Shown: positions 28,470 to 37,099 of the stretch, piece by piece
Position numbering within the stretch: position 1 is the stretch's first letter
How the letters are laid out: each line of letters opens with the position of its first letter
NCBI GenBank assembly: GCA_030591685.1
Contig: JAUVAX010000025.1
Location: forward strand, 1 to 37,099
Length of the DNA: 37,099 bases
Source of the DNA: Pseudobdellovibrionaceae bacterium
GTDB lineage: Bacteria > Bdellovibrionota > Bdellovibrionia > Bdellovibrionales > UBA1609
Direction of reading: 5' to 3'
Notes under the pieces: model-generated
The model's input: the letters and a program-made list of their open reading frames with translations, nothing else
Told to the model about the DNA's origin: nothing
Database searches by the model: none
Made by a program: the position numbers and the translations under genes

Positions 28470-29504
28470 CTAAAGTGTGGGGTTAAGACTTTTTTTTTGC
28501 CGTTGCTCAAAGGCGAGTTGCCTCATGTCGACAACGCTGTCGGACTCGTCGACAATTTCTACACCCAGTAGGGTTTCAATGGCGTCTTCGAGGGTGACAA
28601 TCCCTGTAGGGGTCTTGTTGCTGTCGACAACCAAAAATAAATGCTCTTTTCGTTTAATAAATTGGTCTAACACAGCAGCCACAGAGAGGGTCTCAAGAAC
28701 ACTGTGTATGGGGACCATAAATTGATCAAGCGTGAGTGAGTGTTTCCCTTGGCTTGCCGCCTCCATTTGCTTAAATCTATGGAGCAGGCCTACAACTTGG
28801 TCGAAGCTATTATTATAAATAGGCATTCTAGAAAACTGATTATTTTTACTGTCGTTTGAAACATCAAGTATTGTATTTTTAGTGCTGTAAGACTTAACAA
28901 CAGACCTTGGGGTCATTACGTCGAATACTTTGATTTGATCTAGTTTGAGTAAGTTTTGTATGACGAGGCTTTCTTTTTGCTCAATAGTGCCATCGTTGGC
29001 CCCTATTTCAGCTGTAACGATCATTTCATCGCGAGTTAACAGAGGGGCTCGTTTAAAGTCCCAGATTTTATATACGGCTTCAGTAAGGCGAACAACAGGG
29101 TAGGTAAAATAAATAAGCGCACTAATTATATAGGCGCATGTAGGGGCCAGCCGTTTCCAGTACGTAGCGCCAATAGTTTTAGGTATAATTTCGCCACCAA
29201 AAAGTACTGTTACTGTAAGTAAAATACTGGCGGCCACCATAAAAGAACTATCAAACACTCGGAGCGTTTGTACCCCCACGCCCATGGCGCCTATCATATT
29301 TGCAAAAGTATTTATGGTTAATATAGCGGTTAAGGGGCGATCAATTTGCTCTTTAAACGTCCCTAAAAGGACCCCTGAGCGGCGACCCTCTTTAACCTTT
29401 AGTGCAATGTAAGCCGGAGATGTAGAGAGCAAAATAGATTCAAGCAATGAACACGTAAAAGAGACAACAACCGTCATTAAAAAAAATAAAATCAATAAAC
29501 CCAT
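28470..29504 (-). CDS. CNNM/DUF21-CBS domain membrane protein (CorB/TlyC family)
   Basis: CSLLES, ILTINT, GEIIPKT, VMTPR, FSRMP and GIVTLED. Confidence 0.92.
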   Translation of the reverse strand: MGLLILFFLMTVVVSFTCSLLESILLSTSPAYIALKVKEGRRSGVLLGTFKEQIDRPLTAILTINTFANMIGAMGVGVQTLRVFDSSFMVAASILLTVTVLFGGEIIPKTIGATYWKRLAPTCAYIISALIYFTYPVVRLTEAVYKIWDFKRAPLLTRDEMIVTAEIGANDGTIEQKESLVIQNLLKLDQIKVFDVMTPRSVVKSYSTKNTILDVSNDSKNNQFSRMPIYNNSFDQVVGLLHRFKQMEAASQGKHSLTLDQFMVPIHSVLETLSVAAVLDQFIKRKEHLFLVVDSNKTPTGIVTLEDAIETLLGVEIVDESDSVVDMRQLAFEQRQKKSLNPTL

Positions 29505-29884
29505 AGGCTATAGACACTCGCTAAGTAAAAGAGTTTTCAGCGGGTTGTTATAAATTGAGTTTAAACTACTTTTTGGATTTACTTTGTAACCCCTATGAGA
29601 ATGATTGATTTGTTTTAAAAAAACGTCCTGTTTTATTGCTAAGTTACATTTTACTACTAGAATAGCCGTTTGTCATAAAAATTATCTAGGCCTGGAGGGT
29701 GGAAAATACTTAAGTGATCGTTTTAATATTTAAACTAAGTAACACTCACCTCACTAACATATTAAAATAATTGATGAATTATATTTTTGCCGTGTTGCAA
29801 GGCGTAAGCATTGGTATCACCCCTTGAGTCAAGGGTGTGTTCATTGTTAATAAATCTTAACAAAAAACGTATTTGAGGTCGATT

Positions 29885-30418
29885 TTGCCAGATTTAAAAG
29901 CCTTTGCAGCTAACTATATTAAAACCCCTCAAACAGTTGTTTGGGATGAGTATTTTATAATTCAGGCCATTATTGCTAGTTATAAAAGTAAGGACCCCAC
30001 CACAAAAGTGGGGTGTGTTATTGTAGATAAAAACAATCATCAAATATCGATGGGTTATAATGGTTTTGTTTCAGGGATTGATGAATCAAAATTACCATGG
30101 GGGGATGAAGACGGAGCCCCTTTAGAGCATCAAAAACATGCTTATGTTGTACATGCTGAAGCCAATGCTATTTTGCACGCCACTAAATCTCTTGTGGGCG
30201 CCAGGGTGTATATGACGCTCTTTCCCTGTCATGAGTGCGCAAAGCTACTTGCAAGTAGTCGAGTTAAAGAGATTATATACCTTTCAGACAAACACAACGG
30301 CCGTGAGTCGAACCGTATTTCTAAAAAAATATTTGAGCTCACAAACATAGCGTTTAGGGAGTTTAAATTTACGCCCGAATTAAAACAAAAATTAATAAAC
30401 TATTTAGATTGTTATTAA
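29885..30418 (+). CDS. dCMP deaminase
   Basis: WDEYF, SKDP..VG, GYNG, and Zn motifs HAEANA and PCHECAK. TTG 29885 follows GAGG; 29873 is an alternative start. Confidence 0.9.
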   Translation: MPDLKAFAANYIKTPQTVVWDEYFIIQAIIASYKSKDPTTKVGCVIVDKNNHQISMGYNGFVSGIDESKLPWGDEDGAPLEHQKHAYVVHAEANAILHATKSLVGARVYMTLFPCHECAKLLASSRVKEIIYLSDKHNGRESNRISKKIFELTNIAFREFKFTPELKQKLINYLDCY

Positions 30419-30465
30419 AAAGACGCTTTAATAACACCGAAGTTTAATTAAGCTTGAAAAAGTTT

Positions 30466-30499
30466 AAAAAAAAGGCGCACTTATTAAAAGTGAGCCTTT
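30466..30499 (-). terminator. Intrinsic terminator of fusA
   Basis: The minus strand reads AAAGGCTCACTT-ttaat-AAGTGCGCCTTT followed by a T run. Confidence 0.75.
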
Positions 30500-30524
30500 A
30501 AGGGATTAAAAGAAATATTAAAAA

Positions 30525-32642
30525 TTATTTTTTAGCATCTTCAGCTCGTTGCTTTTGATACTCTTTAACAAGGTTCTCTTGGATGCCACGTGGGCATGGG
30601 GAGTACTTAGAAAACTCCATAGTAAATTCACCCTTACCTTGAGTTGCCGATCTAAGGTCTCCAGAGTATCCGAACATTTCAGAAAGTGGTACTTCAGCGT
30701 TTACAGTCACAAAAGCCTCAACAGTTGTCGTGCCAGTGATCATGCCCCGCCTTTGATTGACCTGACCCATCACAGACCCTTGAAACTCTTCAGGGGCGGA
30801 GACTTCAAGTTTCATAATAGGCTCTAGAGCTGTTGGTTTAGCTCTTTCATAAGCCTGTTTAAAGGCAGCTATTGCGCAAATACGAAAGGCCATTTCACTA
30901 GAGTCGACATCATGGTACGAGCCATCTACTAAGGTCATTTTTATGCCAACAACTGGGGCTCCAATAAGAGTCCCTTTTGTCATGGCCTCTTTAAAGCCCT
31001 TATCGCAGGCAGGGATGTATTCTTTAGGTATACGACCCCCAACAACTTTGTTGTTAAACTCATAAAGAGAGTCTTTTTCACCGTCTTTAATCTCAAGCAT
31101 TTCCATTGTGCCAACAGTTCTGGCAAATTGCCCCGAACCACCGGTTTGCTTTTTATGTGTGTAATCATATTCGGCGGACTGGCCAATGGTTTCACGGTAG
31201 GCCACTTGTGGGGCTCCGGATTTAACTTCAACGTCAAATTCACGGGCCATGCGCTCGATGTAAACCTCTAAGTGAAGTTCGCCCATGCCGGAGATAATGG
31301 TTTCATTAGACTCCTCATCACGGTGAACTCTAAAAGTAGGATCTTCTCTTTTAAATTTTTGTAAAGCTTTTGAAAAGTTCGCCGCCTTGGCCTTTTCTTT
31401 GGGCTCAACGGCTAACGAAATTACAGCCTCGGGTACAAACATAGAAGTCATAGCCACGTTAACAGTACCGTCAGTAAAGGTGTCTCCTGACGAGCAGTCC
31501 ACGCCGAAAAGAGCGACAATGTCACCGGCCTTTGCCTCGTCAGTGTCTTGCATGTCATCGGAATGCATTCGAACTACGCGAGGGACTTTAATTTTCTTTT
31601 TATTAGACATGTTGTAAATAAAGGCCCCTTTTTTTAGGGTCCCTTGGTAAATACGCATGTACGTAAGCTGCCCGTATCGACCTTCTTCAAGTTTAAATGC
31701 AAGGGCCACTAAAGGTTTTGATGCATCAGAGGGGAGTACAAACTTTTTCTCTTCATCATCAAGGTCTAAACCCTCATTGACCACGTCAAGTGGGCAGGGG
31801 AGGTAAGCTTTAACAGCATCTAAAAGGGCTTGAACCCCTTTGTTTTTGTAAGCAGAACCACAAAACACAGGGGTAAGATTCATAGAGAGGGTCCCTTTTC
31901 TGATGGCAGCAACAAGCTCCGCTTCAGTGGGGGTTTCTTCCATTAAGAACTTTTCACCAACTATATCATCAAAATCAGCGGCTTTAGCGATAAGCTCTTG
32001 TCGCCATTTTTGGCAATCTTCAAGCATGTCGGCAGGGCAATCAACGATTTGTATGTCTTCGCCGTTTTCACCCTTGTAGTACCAGGCCTTCATTGTGATC
32101 AGGTCAACAGCACCTTCAAGGTGTTCTTCGAGGCCTATCGGGACTTGCATCATAACAGTGTTATGGCTGAGTTTATCTCTTAACATGTCGGCCACTCTAA
32201 AGGGGTTAGCGCCTTGACGGTCGAGCTTGTTAATAAAAGCAATACGAGGCACGTTGTAACGTTTCATTTGACGATCCACAGTGATGGACTGTGACTGCAC
32301 ACCCGAAACTCCGCAAAGCACAAGTACGGCACCATCAAGTACTCGAAGGGCTCGCTCAACTTCAATAGTAAAGTCAACGTGCCCAGGGGTATCAATAATA
32401 TTAATATCAATGTCTTTCCATTGCACGTTAGTGGCGGCCGATTGGATGGTGATACCTCGCTCTTTTTCAAGCTCCATGGAGTCCATTTTGGCGCCCACAC
32501 CATCTTTACCACGAACATCATGGATCGCATGTATGCGGCCCGTGTAGAACAATATACGTTCAGTTAAAGTTGTTTTTCCAGAGTCAATATGTGCTGAAAT
32601 CCCTATGTTACGAACATTATCAAGGTCCCAAGTTTCACTCAT
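30525..32642 (-). CDS. fusA: Elongation factor G (spdEFG1/mtEFG1-like)
   Basis: [39 protein letters not shown] and QVAYRE. ATG 32642 follows GAGG. Confidence 0.96.
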   Translation of the reverse strand: MSETWDLDNVRNIGISAHIDSGKTTLTERILFYTGRIHAIHDVRGKDGVGAKMDSMELEKERGITIQSAATNVQWKDIDINIIDTPGHVDFTIEVERALRVLDGAVLVLCGVSGVQSQSITVDRQMKRYNVPRIAFINKLDRQGANPFRVADMLRDKLSHNTVMMQVPIGLEEHLEGAVDLITMKAWYYKGENGEDIQIVDCPADMLEDCQKWRQELIAKAADFDDIVGEKFLMEETPTEAELVAAIRKGTLSMNLTPVFCGSAYKNKGVQALLDAVKAYLPCPLDVVNEGLDLDDEEKKFVLPSDASKPLVALAFKLEEGRYGQLTYMRIYQGTLKKGAFIYNMSNKKKIKVPRVVRMHSDDMQDTDEAKAGDIVALFGVDCSSGDTFTDGTVNVAMTSMFVPEAVISLAVEPKEKAKAANFSKALQKFKREDPTFRVHRDEESNETIISGMGELHLEVYIERMAREFDVEVKSGAPQVAYRETIGQSAEYDYTHKKQTGGSGQFARTVGTMEMLEIKDGEKDSLYEFNNKVVGGRIPKEYIPACDKGFKEAMTKGTLIGAPVVGIKMTLVDGSYHDVDSSEMAFRICAIAAFKQAYERAKPTALEPIMKLEVSAPEEFQGSVMGQVNQRRGMITGTTTVEAFVTVNAEVPLSEMFGYSGDLRSATQGKGEFTMEFSKYSPCPRGIQENLVKEYQKQRAEDAKK

Positions 32643-32733
32643 AAGCCACAACCTCACTTTCTTTATTTGTGTAGAGTTAAAGTGCAAAAACTTTCGTTTT
32701 ATACTGTAAACACAAGTGTTTAGCATAAACCCC

Positions 32734-32762
32734 GTGACAGTGTAAAACACTAATTTTACAAT
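32734..32762 (+). promoter_or_regulatory. Putative sigma70 promoter divergent from fusA
   Basis: GTGACA-N17-TACAAT, overlapped by the inverted repeat TGTAAAA..TTTTACA (32741-32760). Confidence 0.55.
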
Positions 32763-32777
32763 TTTTTAAATAATCTA

Positions 32778-32958
32778 TAGGTCCTCGCTCTTTTGCCGGC
32801 GGCCCTGCGGATGGTCGCCCGGGGCTCCGTCCCTCAAGCGGCCTCAAATTGTTGCCGGTGGGGTTGTCTGGTGTTGCCTCGGGGCTGCCGTCCCTCAAAG
32901 GTGTCCCTCAAAGGTCCTCAAGCTGTCCTTTGTGGTCGTTGGCCGTTCTTGCGACCTA
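32778..32958 (+). ncRNA. Candidate structured non-coding RNA (family unassigned)
   Basis: 63% GC (113/180 counted over 32781-32960), nested complementary segments, an upstream promoter and no credible ORF. Confidence 0.4.
32890..32921 (+). repeat. Tandem 13-mer GTCCCTCAAAGGT x2 plus a partial copy
   Basis: 32890-32902 and 32903-32915 are identical and are followed by CCTCAA. Confidence 0.85.
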
Positions 32959-33213
32959 ATTCGACCCGTTATTTTTGAGGTCAAAGGGGGCGTCGTTCGA
33001 TTTTTAAGTAATAATAAGGGGTTACATGGATTTTGTAGAGTCACCCATTAAGGTGCTCACCACCAAGGGGGGGCTGCTCGTTTTTTAGGCGCTCATCAGG
33101 GGCCCTAAAAATGAAGCCATTAATTAATAAGCCAGCTTGATGGTTTGGCTTTGGTGACTTAAAAAGGGTGGGGTTGATTTACACTGGGCAACAGATAACC
33201 TAATAGGGTTACA

Positions 33214-33268
33214 TAATTGTAGGGTCATTTAATTGTAGAACGCTTAATTGTAGAGCCACTTAATTGAG
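33214..33268 (+). repeat. TAATTGTAG direct repeats
   Basis: Exact copies at 33214, 33230 and 33245 and a degenerate TAATTGAG at 33261; period 16/15/16. Confidence 0.85.
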
Positions 33269-33413
33269 TTATTTTACCTTTAAACCCCAGTTTATTTGCC
33301 TATTGTCGGGGGCTTTTCTTTACGGCTTTGAAGGTGAAGTGCTTTTTTAAGCGAGTTAAAAGGGCGGTGATTTTTAAGTGGTTTAGTTTTTTAAAATTTA
33401 TTTTAGGAGTCAC

Positions 33414-34868
33414 GTGTTAGATATAAATTTAGAATTAAAAAATAAATTTAAGCTCAACGAGTTTAGGGGCCTGCAGGCCCCTGTTATCGAGGGTGTCTTA
33501 GCTCAAGAGAGTGCGCTGATTATTATGCCCACAGGTATGGGTAAAAGTTTGTGCTACCAGTTGCCCAGTCAATTACTGCCGGGGCTGACGCTAGTCATAT
33601 CCCCACTGATCGCCCTTATGAAAGATCAAGTTGATAAAGTGAAGGGCTTAGGGCTAAGGGCGGGCTATATTAATTCGTCCCTATCGGGCCACGAAAAAAA
33701 CAAAGCCTATAATAAATTAAGTCAAAAAGAGTATAAGCTTCTTTATGTGACCCCAGAGCGCTTTAGAAACAAAGAGTTTTTAGCGGCTTTGAAAAAAAAC
33801 ACAGTGAGCCTACTCGCCGTAGATGAAGCTCACTGTATTTCAGAGTGGGGGCATGATTTTAGGCCCGACTATACCAAGCTTAAAGAAATCAGGGCCACCA
33901 TAGGTAATCCCACAACCATAGCCTTAACGGCCACGGCCACCCCCGAGGTACAAGAGGATATTTTAAACCAACTAGGCCTTGTCGAGGGCAAAGCGTGTAA
34001 AAAATATGTTTACGGCTTTGAGAGAGCTAATTTAAAGCTCAACGTGCAGGATGTTTACGGGCTTGATCAAAAAATTCAGGCCTCGATGATGCTGTTAAAT
34101 GCCAACCCAGGGTCTACAATTATTTACTTTTCACTCATTGATACGCTTAAAAAGTTTTCTCATAATTTAGACAAGCTCAACGTCGAACATACGGTTTATC
34201 ATGGGCAGTTAAAAGATAATTATAGAAAAAGCAATCAAGAGGCCTTTTTAAATGGTGAAATAGATTTAATTTTAGCCACCCCTGCATTTGGCCTAGGGGT
34301 AGATAAAAGAGACATTCGCCAAGTTCTGCACGCTGAAACCCCGGGCTCAATAGAGGCCTACTACCAAGAGGTGGGCCGGGCCGGTCGCGATGGCCTGCCG
34401 TCGTCGTGTACTCTATTATTTGATGAAGATGACATAACTATACAAATGGATTTTTTAAAGTGGTCCAGCCCCGACCCAGGGTTTATTGAGCATGTATACG
34501 ATTTAGTCGACCAGTACGGCCTACGCATTAAAAGTGAGGGGGTTGATTTTTTAAGAGAAAAAATGAACTTTTACAACCGTCGTGACTTTAGGGTCGAGAC
34601 CGCTTTAAATTTACTAGAGCGCTGGGAGTGCATTTCGCGTTTACAGCACAAACCAAATGAAATCACCGTGATCGCCCCCCCGCCGAGGGATTTTTTAAAT
34701 AAAGATAGGCATAAAAATAAACTCAAAAGCCAAAACGAAAAACTCTTATCGATGGTGCAATGGGCGAAATCAGACGAGTGCCGTTTGCAAAGCATTTATT
34801 CGTACTTTGATTTTCAGACAAGCGACGTGTGTGGCCACTGTGACAATTGCCAAAAAGGAGCCGTGTGA
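33414..34868 (+). CDS. recQ: RecQ-family DNA helicase (no HRDC domain)
   Basis: MPTGMGKSLCYQ, DEAH, SEWGHDFRPDY, QEVGRAGRDG and a Zn-binding C..CGHCDNC. Confidence 0.93.
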   Translation: MLDINLELKNKFKLNEFRGLQAPVIEGVLAQESALIIMPTGMGKSLCYQLPSQLLPGLTLVISPLIALMKDQVDKVKGLGLRAGYINSSLSGHEKNKAYNKLSQKEYKLLYVTPERFRNKEFLAALKKNTVSLLAVDEAHCISEWGHDFRPDYTKLKEIRATIGNPTTIALTATATPEVQEDILNQLGLVEGKACKKYVYGFERANLKLNVQDVYGLDQKIQASMMLLNANPGSTIIYFSLIDTLKKFSHNLDKLNVEHTVYHGQLKDNYRKSNQEAFLNGEIDLILATPAFGLGVDKRDIRQVLHAETPGSIEAYYQEVGRAGRDGLPSSCTLLFDEDDITIQMDFLKWSSPDPGFIEHVYDLVDQYGLRIKSEGVDFLREKMNFYNRRDFRVETALNLLERWECISRLQHKPNEITVIAPPPRDFLNKDRHKNKLKSQNEKLLSMVQWAKSDECRLQSIYSYFDFQTSDVCGHCDNCQKGAV

Positions 34869-35509
34869 CGGGGTTAAAAAAAGGCTATTTTTCAAACCCC
34901 AGGACCGACTGTGTCCACGAAGGCGTTATTGCTGTATCTTTTGACATAGACTCGGACCTGTTAATAGAGGCCTACTCTAAGGGTATATTTCCTTGGCCCT
35001 ACGAAGAAGATGAGGTGCTATGGTTTTGCCCCCCTAAAAGAGGGGTGTTGTATTTTAAAGACCTTAAAGCTTCAAAGAGTTTACTAAAAGCACAAAAAAA
35101 AGAAGAATTTAACTTTACTATTAACCAAGCCTTTGACCAAGTGATTGAGGAGTGCGCTAAGGCCTCAAGGTCAGACAACGAGGGCACCTGGATTACAAAA
35201 AAAATACTAAAGGCTTATAAAAGTTTTTATAAAAAAGGCCATATATTATGTGTTGAGTGCTGGCAGGGTGGGGTACTTGTGGGGGGTATTTACGGGGTGT
35301 ACCTTAAGGGTGTTTTTAGTGCAGAGAGTATGTTTTATAAAAAACCAAACGCCTCTAAGTTGGCTTTTTTATTTTTAATTACAGAACTAAAAAAACAAGG
35401 CCTCACCTGGATGGACACGCAAATGGTCACGCCAGTGACTGAAAAGTTCGGAGCCATAAATATTTCACGAGATGAGTACTTAGACTTACTTTCAAAGTCT
35501 CAAAGTTAA
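34865..35509 (+). CDS. aat: Leucyl/phenylalanyl-tRNA--protein transferase
   Basis: AYSKGIFPW, TWIT, LVGGIYG, ESMF, NASK and DTQ. GTG 34865 follows AAGGAG and overlaps the recQ stop (GTGA). Confidence 0.93.
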   Translation: MTGLKKGYFSNPRTDCVHEGVIAVSFDIDSDLLIEAYSKGIFPWPYEEDEVLWFCPPKRGVLYFKDLKASKSLLKAQKKEEFNFTINQAFDQVIEECAKASRSDNEGTWITKKILKAYKSFYKKGHILCVECWQGGVLVGGIYGVYLKGVFSAESMFYKKPNASKLAFLFLITELKKQGLTWMDTQMVTPVTEKFGAINISRDEYLDLLSKSQS

Positions 35510-35535
35510 AGGACTGATATTTAAGTGCTTAGTAA

Positions 35536-36138
35536 TTATTTTTTGTCAGACTGAAAAAACCTTTGGCCCCAGGGGGACCCACGGTCTCCGTCGTACTTGA
35601 CTGTAGGCTGGGTTAAAAAATAAAAAATCCACAAAGTAAATACCAGACAGCTACCGTATAAAAAAAGCTGAAACCTATGAATGTGAAGAAAGCTAATAAA
35701 ATTTCTTAGGCCTTGAGCTTTTTGTAGAGCTTTAATTTTAGTGAGCCGTTTTTTAATCCCGGTTTGGATTCGGGCTCTGTGAGCTTCTGGCATATCCCTA
35801 AACTGTATGGCCACGATGACGAGGTCTTCGTGGTCTTCATCAGCAGAGGCTCTCCACCAGCCGTAGCCTTGGTACTCTTCGATACGTACAGCACGAGCCC
35901 ACCAGGCGACTTTTTCACCGCCAGGGGAGGTGAATTCAATTTTAATCATATCTCCAAGGGCAGGGGCGTAGTCACGATCTGTTAAAAATGTGAGGCCAGA
36001 GGCCGAGACGTCCACAAGCTCTGTTTCGCGCTTTTTTGACTGGAGCGTGTTTTCGGCAAAGTATAGTAGTTTATTGTCCTCTGGTGTGAGGGTGTAACGG
36101 GGGGCCCTTGCAATGTAGCGTTTTAATGCTTCTGCCAT
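35536..36138 (-). CDS. PilZ domain protein with a C-terminal TM helix
   Basis: RYIARAPR (RxxxR-like) and DVSASG (DxSxxG) c-di-GMP motifs, plus a hydrophobic segment near the C-terminus. Confidence 0.8.
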   Translation of the reverse strand: MAEALKRYIARAPRYTLTPEDNKLLYFAENTLQSKKRETELVDVSASGLTFLTDRDYAPALGDMIKIEFTSPGGEKVAWWARAVRIEEYQGYGWWRASADEDHEDLVIVAIQFRDMPEAHRARIQTGIKKRLTKIKALQKAQGLRNFISFLHIHRFQLFLYGSCLVFTLWIFYFLTQPTVKYDGDRGSPWGQRFFQSDKK

Positions 36139-36144
36139 ACTACT

Positions 36145-36172
36145 ATATCGGGTAAAGAGAGGTAAAATTTGA
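36145..36172 (-). promoter_or_regulatory. Putative sigma28 (FliA) promoter
   Basis: The minus strand reads TCAAA-N15-CCCGATAT, ending 6 nt before the PilZ ATG. Confidence 0.55.
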
Positions 36173-36371
36173 ACCCCTGTGTTGTTTTGAGATTATTACA
36201 GTGTTTGTTAATAAGTTAGCCAGGGCAGGCGTAAATAAGCTCGTGATTACAGCGTGTTAGGTGTGTTCATTTTTCAAAGCCTCTTGTGCAATATAGTGAT
36301 TTAGTTTATGTTGATGAGTCTGCTTTTTAAGGTGGATTTTTAGGTAGATTTTTAAGATGTTGGAGCCCTAT

Positions 36372-37099
36372 ATGTCAGCTTATGAAAAACTAGAGATAAA
36401 ATTAAAAAAAATTAATTCATTTCACCATATTCAATCGATTTGCTTTTGGGATGAAGCCTGTATTATGCCCATCGGTGGTGGCGAGTCACGGGCTCAAGCC
36501 ATGGCTGATTTAAATGTTCACGTGCATGAGTTAATGACCACCACAGAGATAAAAAGTTTGATCTCTGAAGCTCAAGAGCAAAACAACCTCAGTGATTGGC
36601 AACAGGCTAACTTAGTAGAAATCAACAACATCTATGTGTTGGCCACTTGTTTAGACACAGAGTTAGTTAAAGAGTTAACAATAGCCTGTACAAGGTCCGA
36701 GCAAGCTTGGCGAAGCCTACGAGCCCAAAATAATTGGTCTGACTTTTTGCCTTTTTTTGAAAAAGTGGTCGGGTTAAAAATAAGAGAGGCTCAAAACAGG
36801 GCTGAGGTTAAAAACACAACCCCCTATAATGCCATGTTAGATTTATATGAGCCTGGGTTTACAAGTGAGCGCATTGATGAGTTATTTAAACCCCTTAAGG
36901 AGCAATTACCGGGGTTAACAAATGATATTATAACACAGCAAAAAAAAGTGGCCCCCCCAAAGGGTGTGTTTTCGGTAGAAGCCCAAAAAAAATTAGGGCT
37001 TGAGGTGATGCAGGCCTTAGGCTTTGATTTTAACCACGGGCGACTTGATGAAAGCCATCATCCTTTTTGTGGCGGAGTGCCTGAAGATGTGCGCGTCAC
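36372..37099 (+). CDS. Carboxypeptidase, M32 family (3'-truncated by the window edge)
   Basis: Manual translation gives MSAYEKL..WDEACIMPIGGGESRA..YEPG..GFDFNHGRLDESHHPFCGG. GGAG SD. It is absent from the ORF track because there is no stop in the window. Confidence 0.9.
   Translation, partial: MSAYEKLEIKLKKINSFHHIQSICFWDEACIMPIGGGESRAQAMADLNVHVHELMTTTEIKSLISEAQEQNNLSDWQQANLVEINNIYVLATCLDTELVKELTIACTRSEQAWRSLRAQNNWSDFLPFFEKVVGLKIREAQNRAEVKNTTPYNAMLDLYEPGFTSERIDELFKPLKEQLPGLTNDIITQQKKVAPPKGVFSVEAQKKLGLEVMQALGFDFNHGRLDESHHPFCGGVPEDVRV

Noticed and set aside
29885..30418. Anti-phage dCTP deaminase (Dcd/AvcD)
   Set aside because: It is short and single-domain, with no kinase/P-loop domain, and looks like an ordinary dCMP deaminase.
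32741..32760. GacA or TyrR box
   Set aside because: The spacing is TGTAAA-N8-TTTACA rather than N6, so it is kept only as an unassigned inverted repeat.
32677..32978. ORFs 32677-32898(-) and 32793-32978(+)
   Set aside because: They are Pro/Arg/Gly-rich products of a GC-rich, stop-poor island with composition unlike the real genes here.
33201..33268. CRISPR array or oriC
   Set aside because: The 9-nt repeats with 6-7 nt linkers are too short for CRISPR, and there are no cas genes, TTATCCACA boxes or dnaA.
7692..35985. Many nested or antisense ORFs inside hppA, lpxD, tex, topA, prc, rsmE, fusA, recQ, aat and the PilZ gene
   Set aside because: They are shadow frames of well-supported genes and have no independent motifs or SD.

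Overview
This is a low-GC bacterial chromosomal window made up mostly of housekeeping genes. The lineage is inferred to be Bdellovibrionota/deltaproteobacteria-like, based on the spdEFG1-type EF-G, the myxobacterial Esg-like 2-oxoacid dehydrogenase E1, and the many small secreted hypothetical proteins; no database search was run. It holds tRNA-Pro(TGG), an outer-membrane beta-barrel, an unusual rpsR / rpmB-rplX cluster, a Nit1-like amidase, an RlmL-like methyltransferase, a K+-dependent membrane pyrophosphatase, a stand-alone MprF-type transferase domain, lpxD, infA, tex, topA, a tail-specific protease, E1 alpha/beta, rsmE, pyrE, cutA, a CNNM protein, dCMP deaminase, fusA, recQ, aat, a PilZ protein and a partial M32 carboxypeptidase. 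I saw no mobile element, CRISPR array or defence system. The most interesting signals are intergenic. (1) A ~180-nt, 63% GC element at 32778-32958 folds into a rod, carries CCTCAA repeats and sits behind a good sigma70 promoter divergent from fusA (candidate ncRNA). (2) A sigma54-type promoter and SD precede an unannotated 29-aa hydrophobic ORF (27989-28078), downstream of a structured ~140-nt segment. (3) TAATTGTAG direct repeats lie upstream of recQ. (4) Two FliA-type promoters are present, one predicting a leaderless PilZ mRNA. A histone-H1-like/Tudor-like fusion protein precedes infA-tex. All folds and motifs were found by eye and need computational confirmation.
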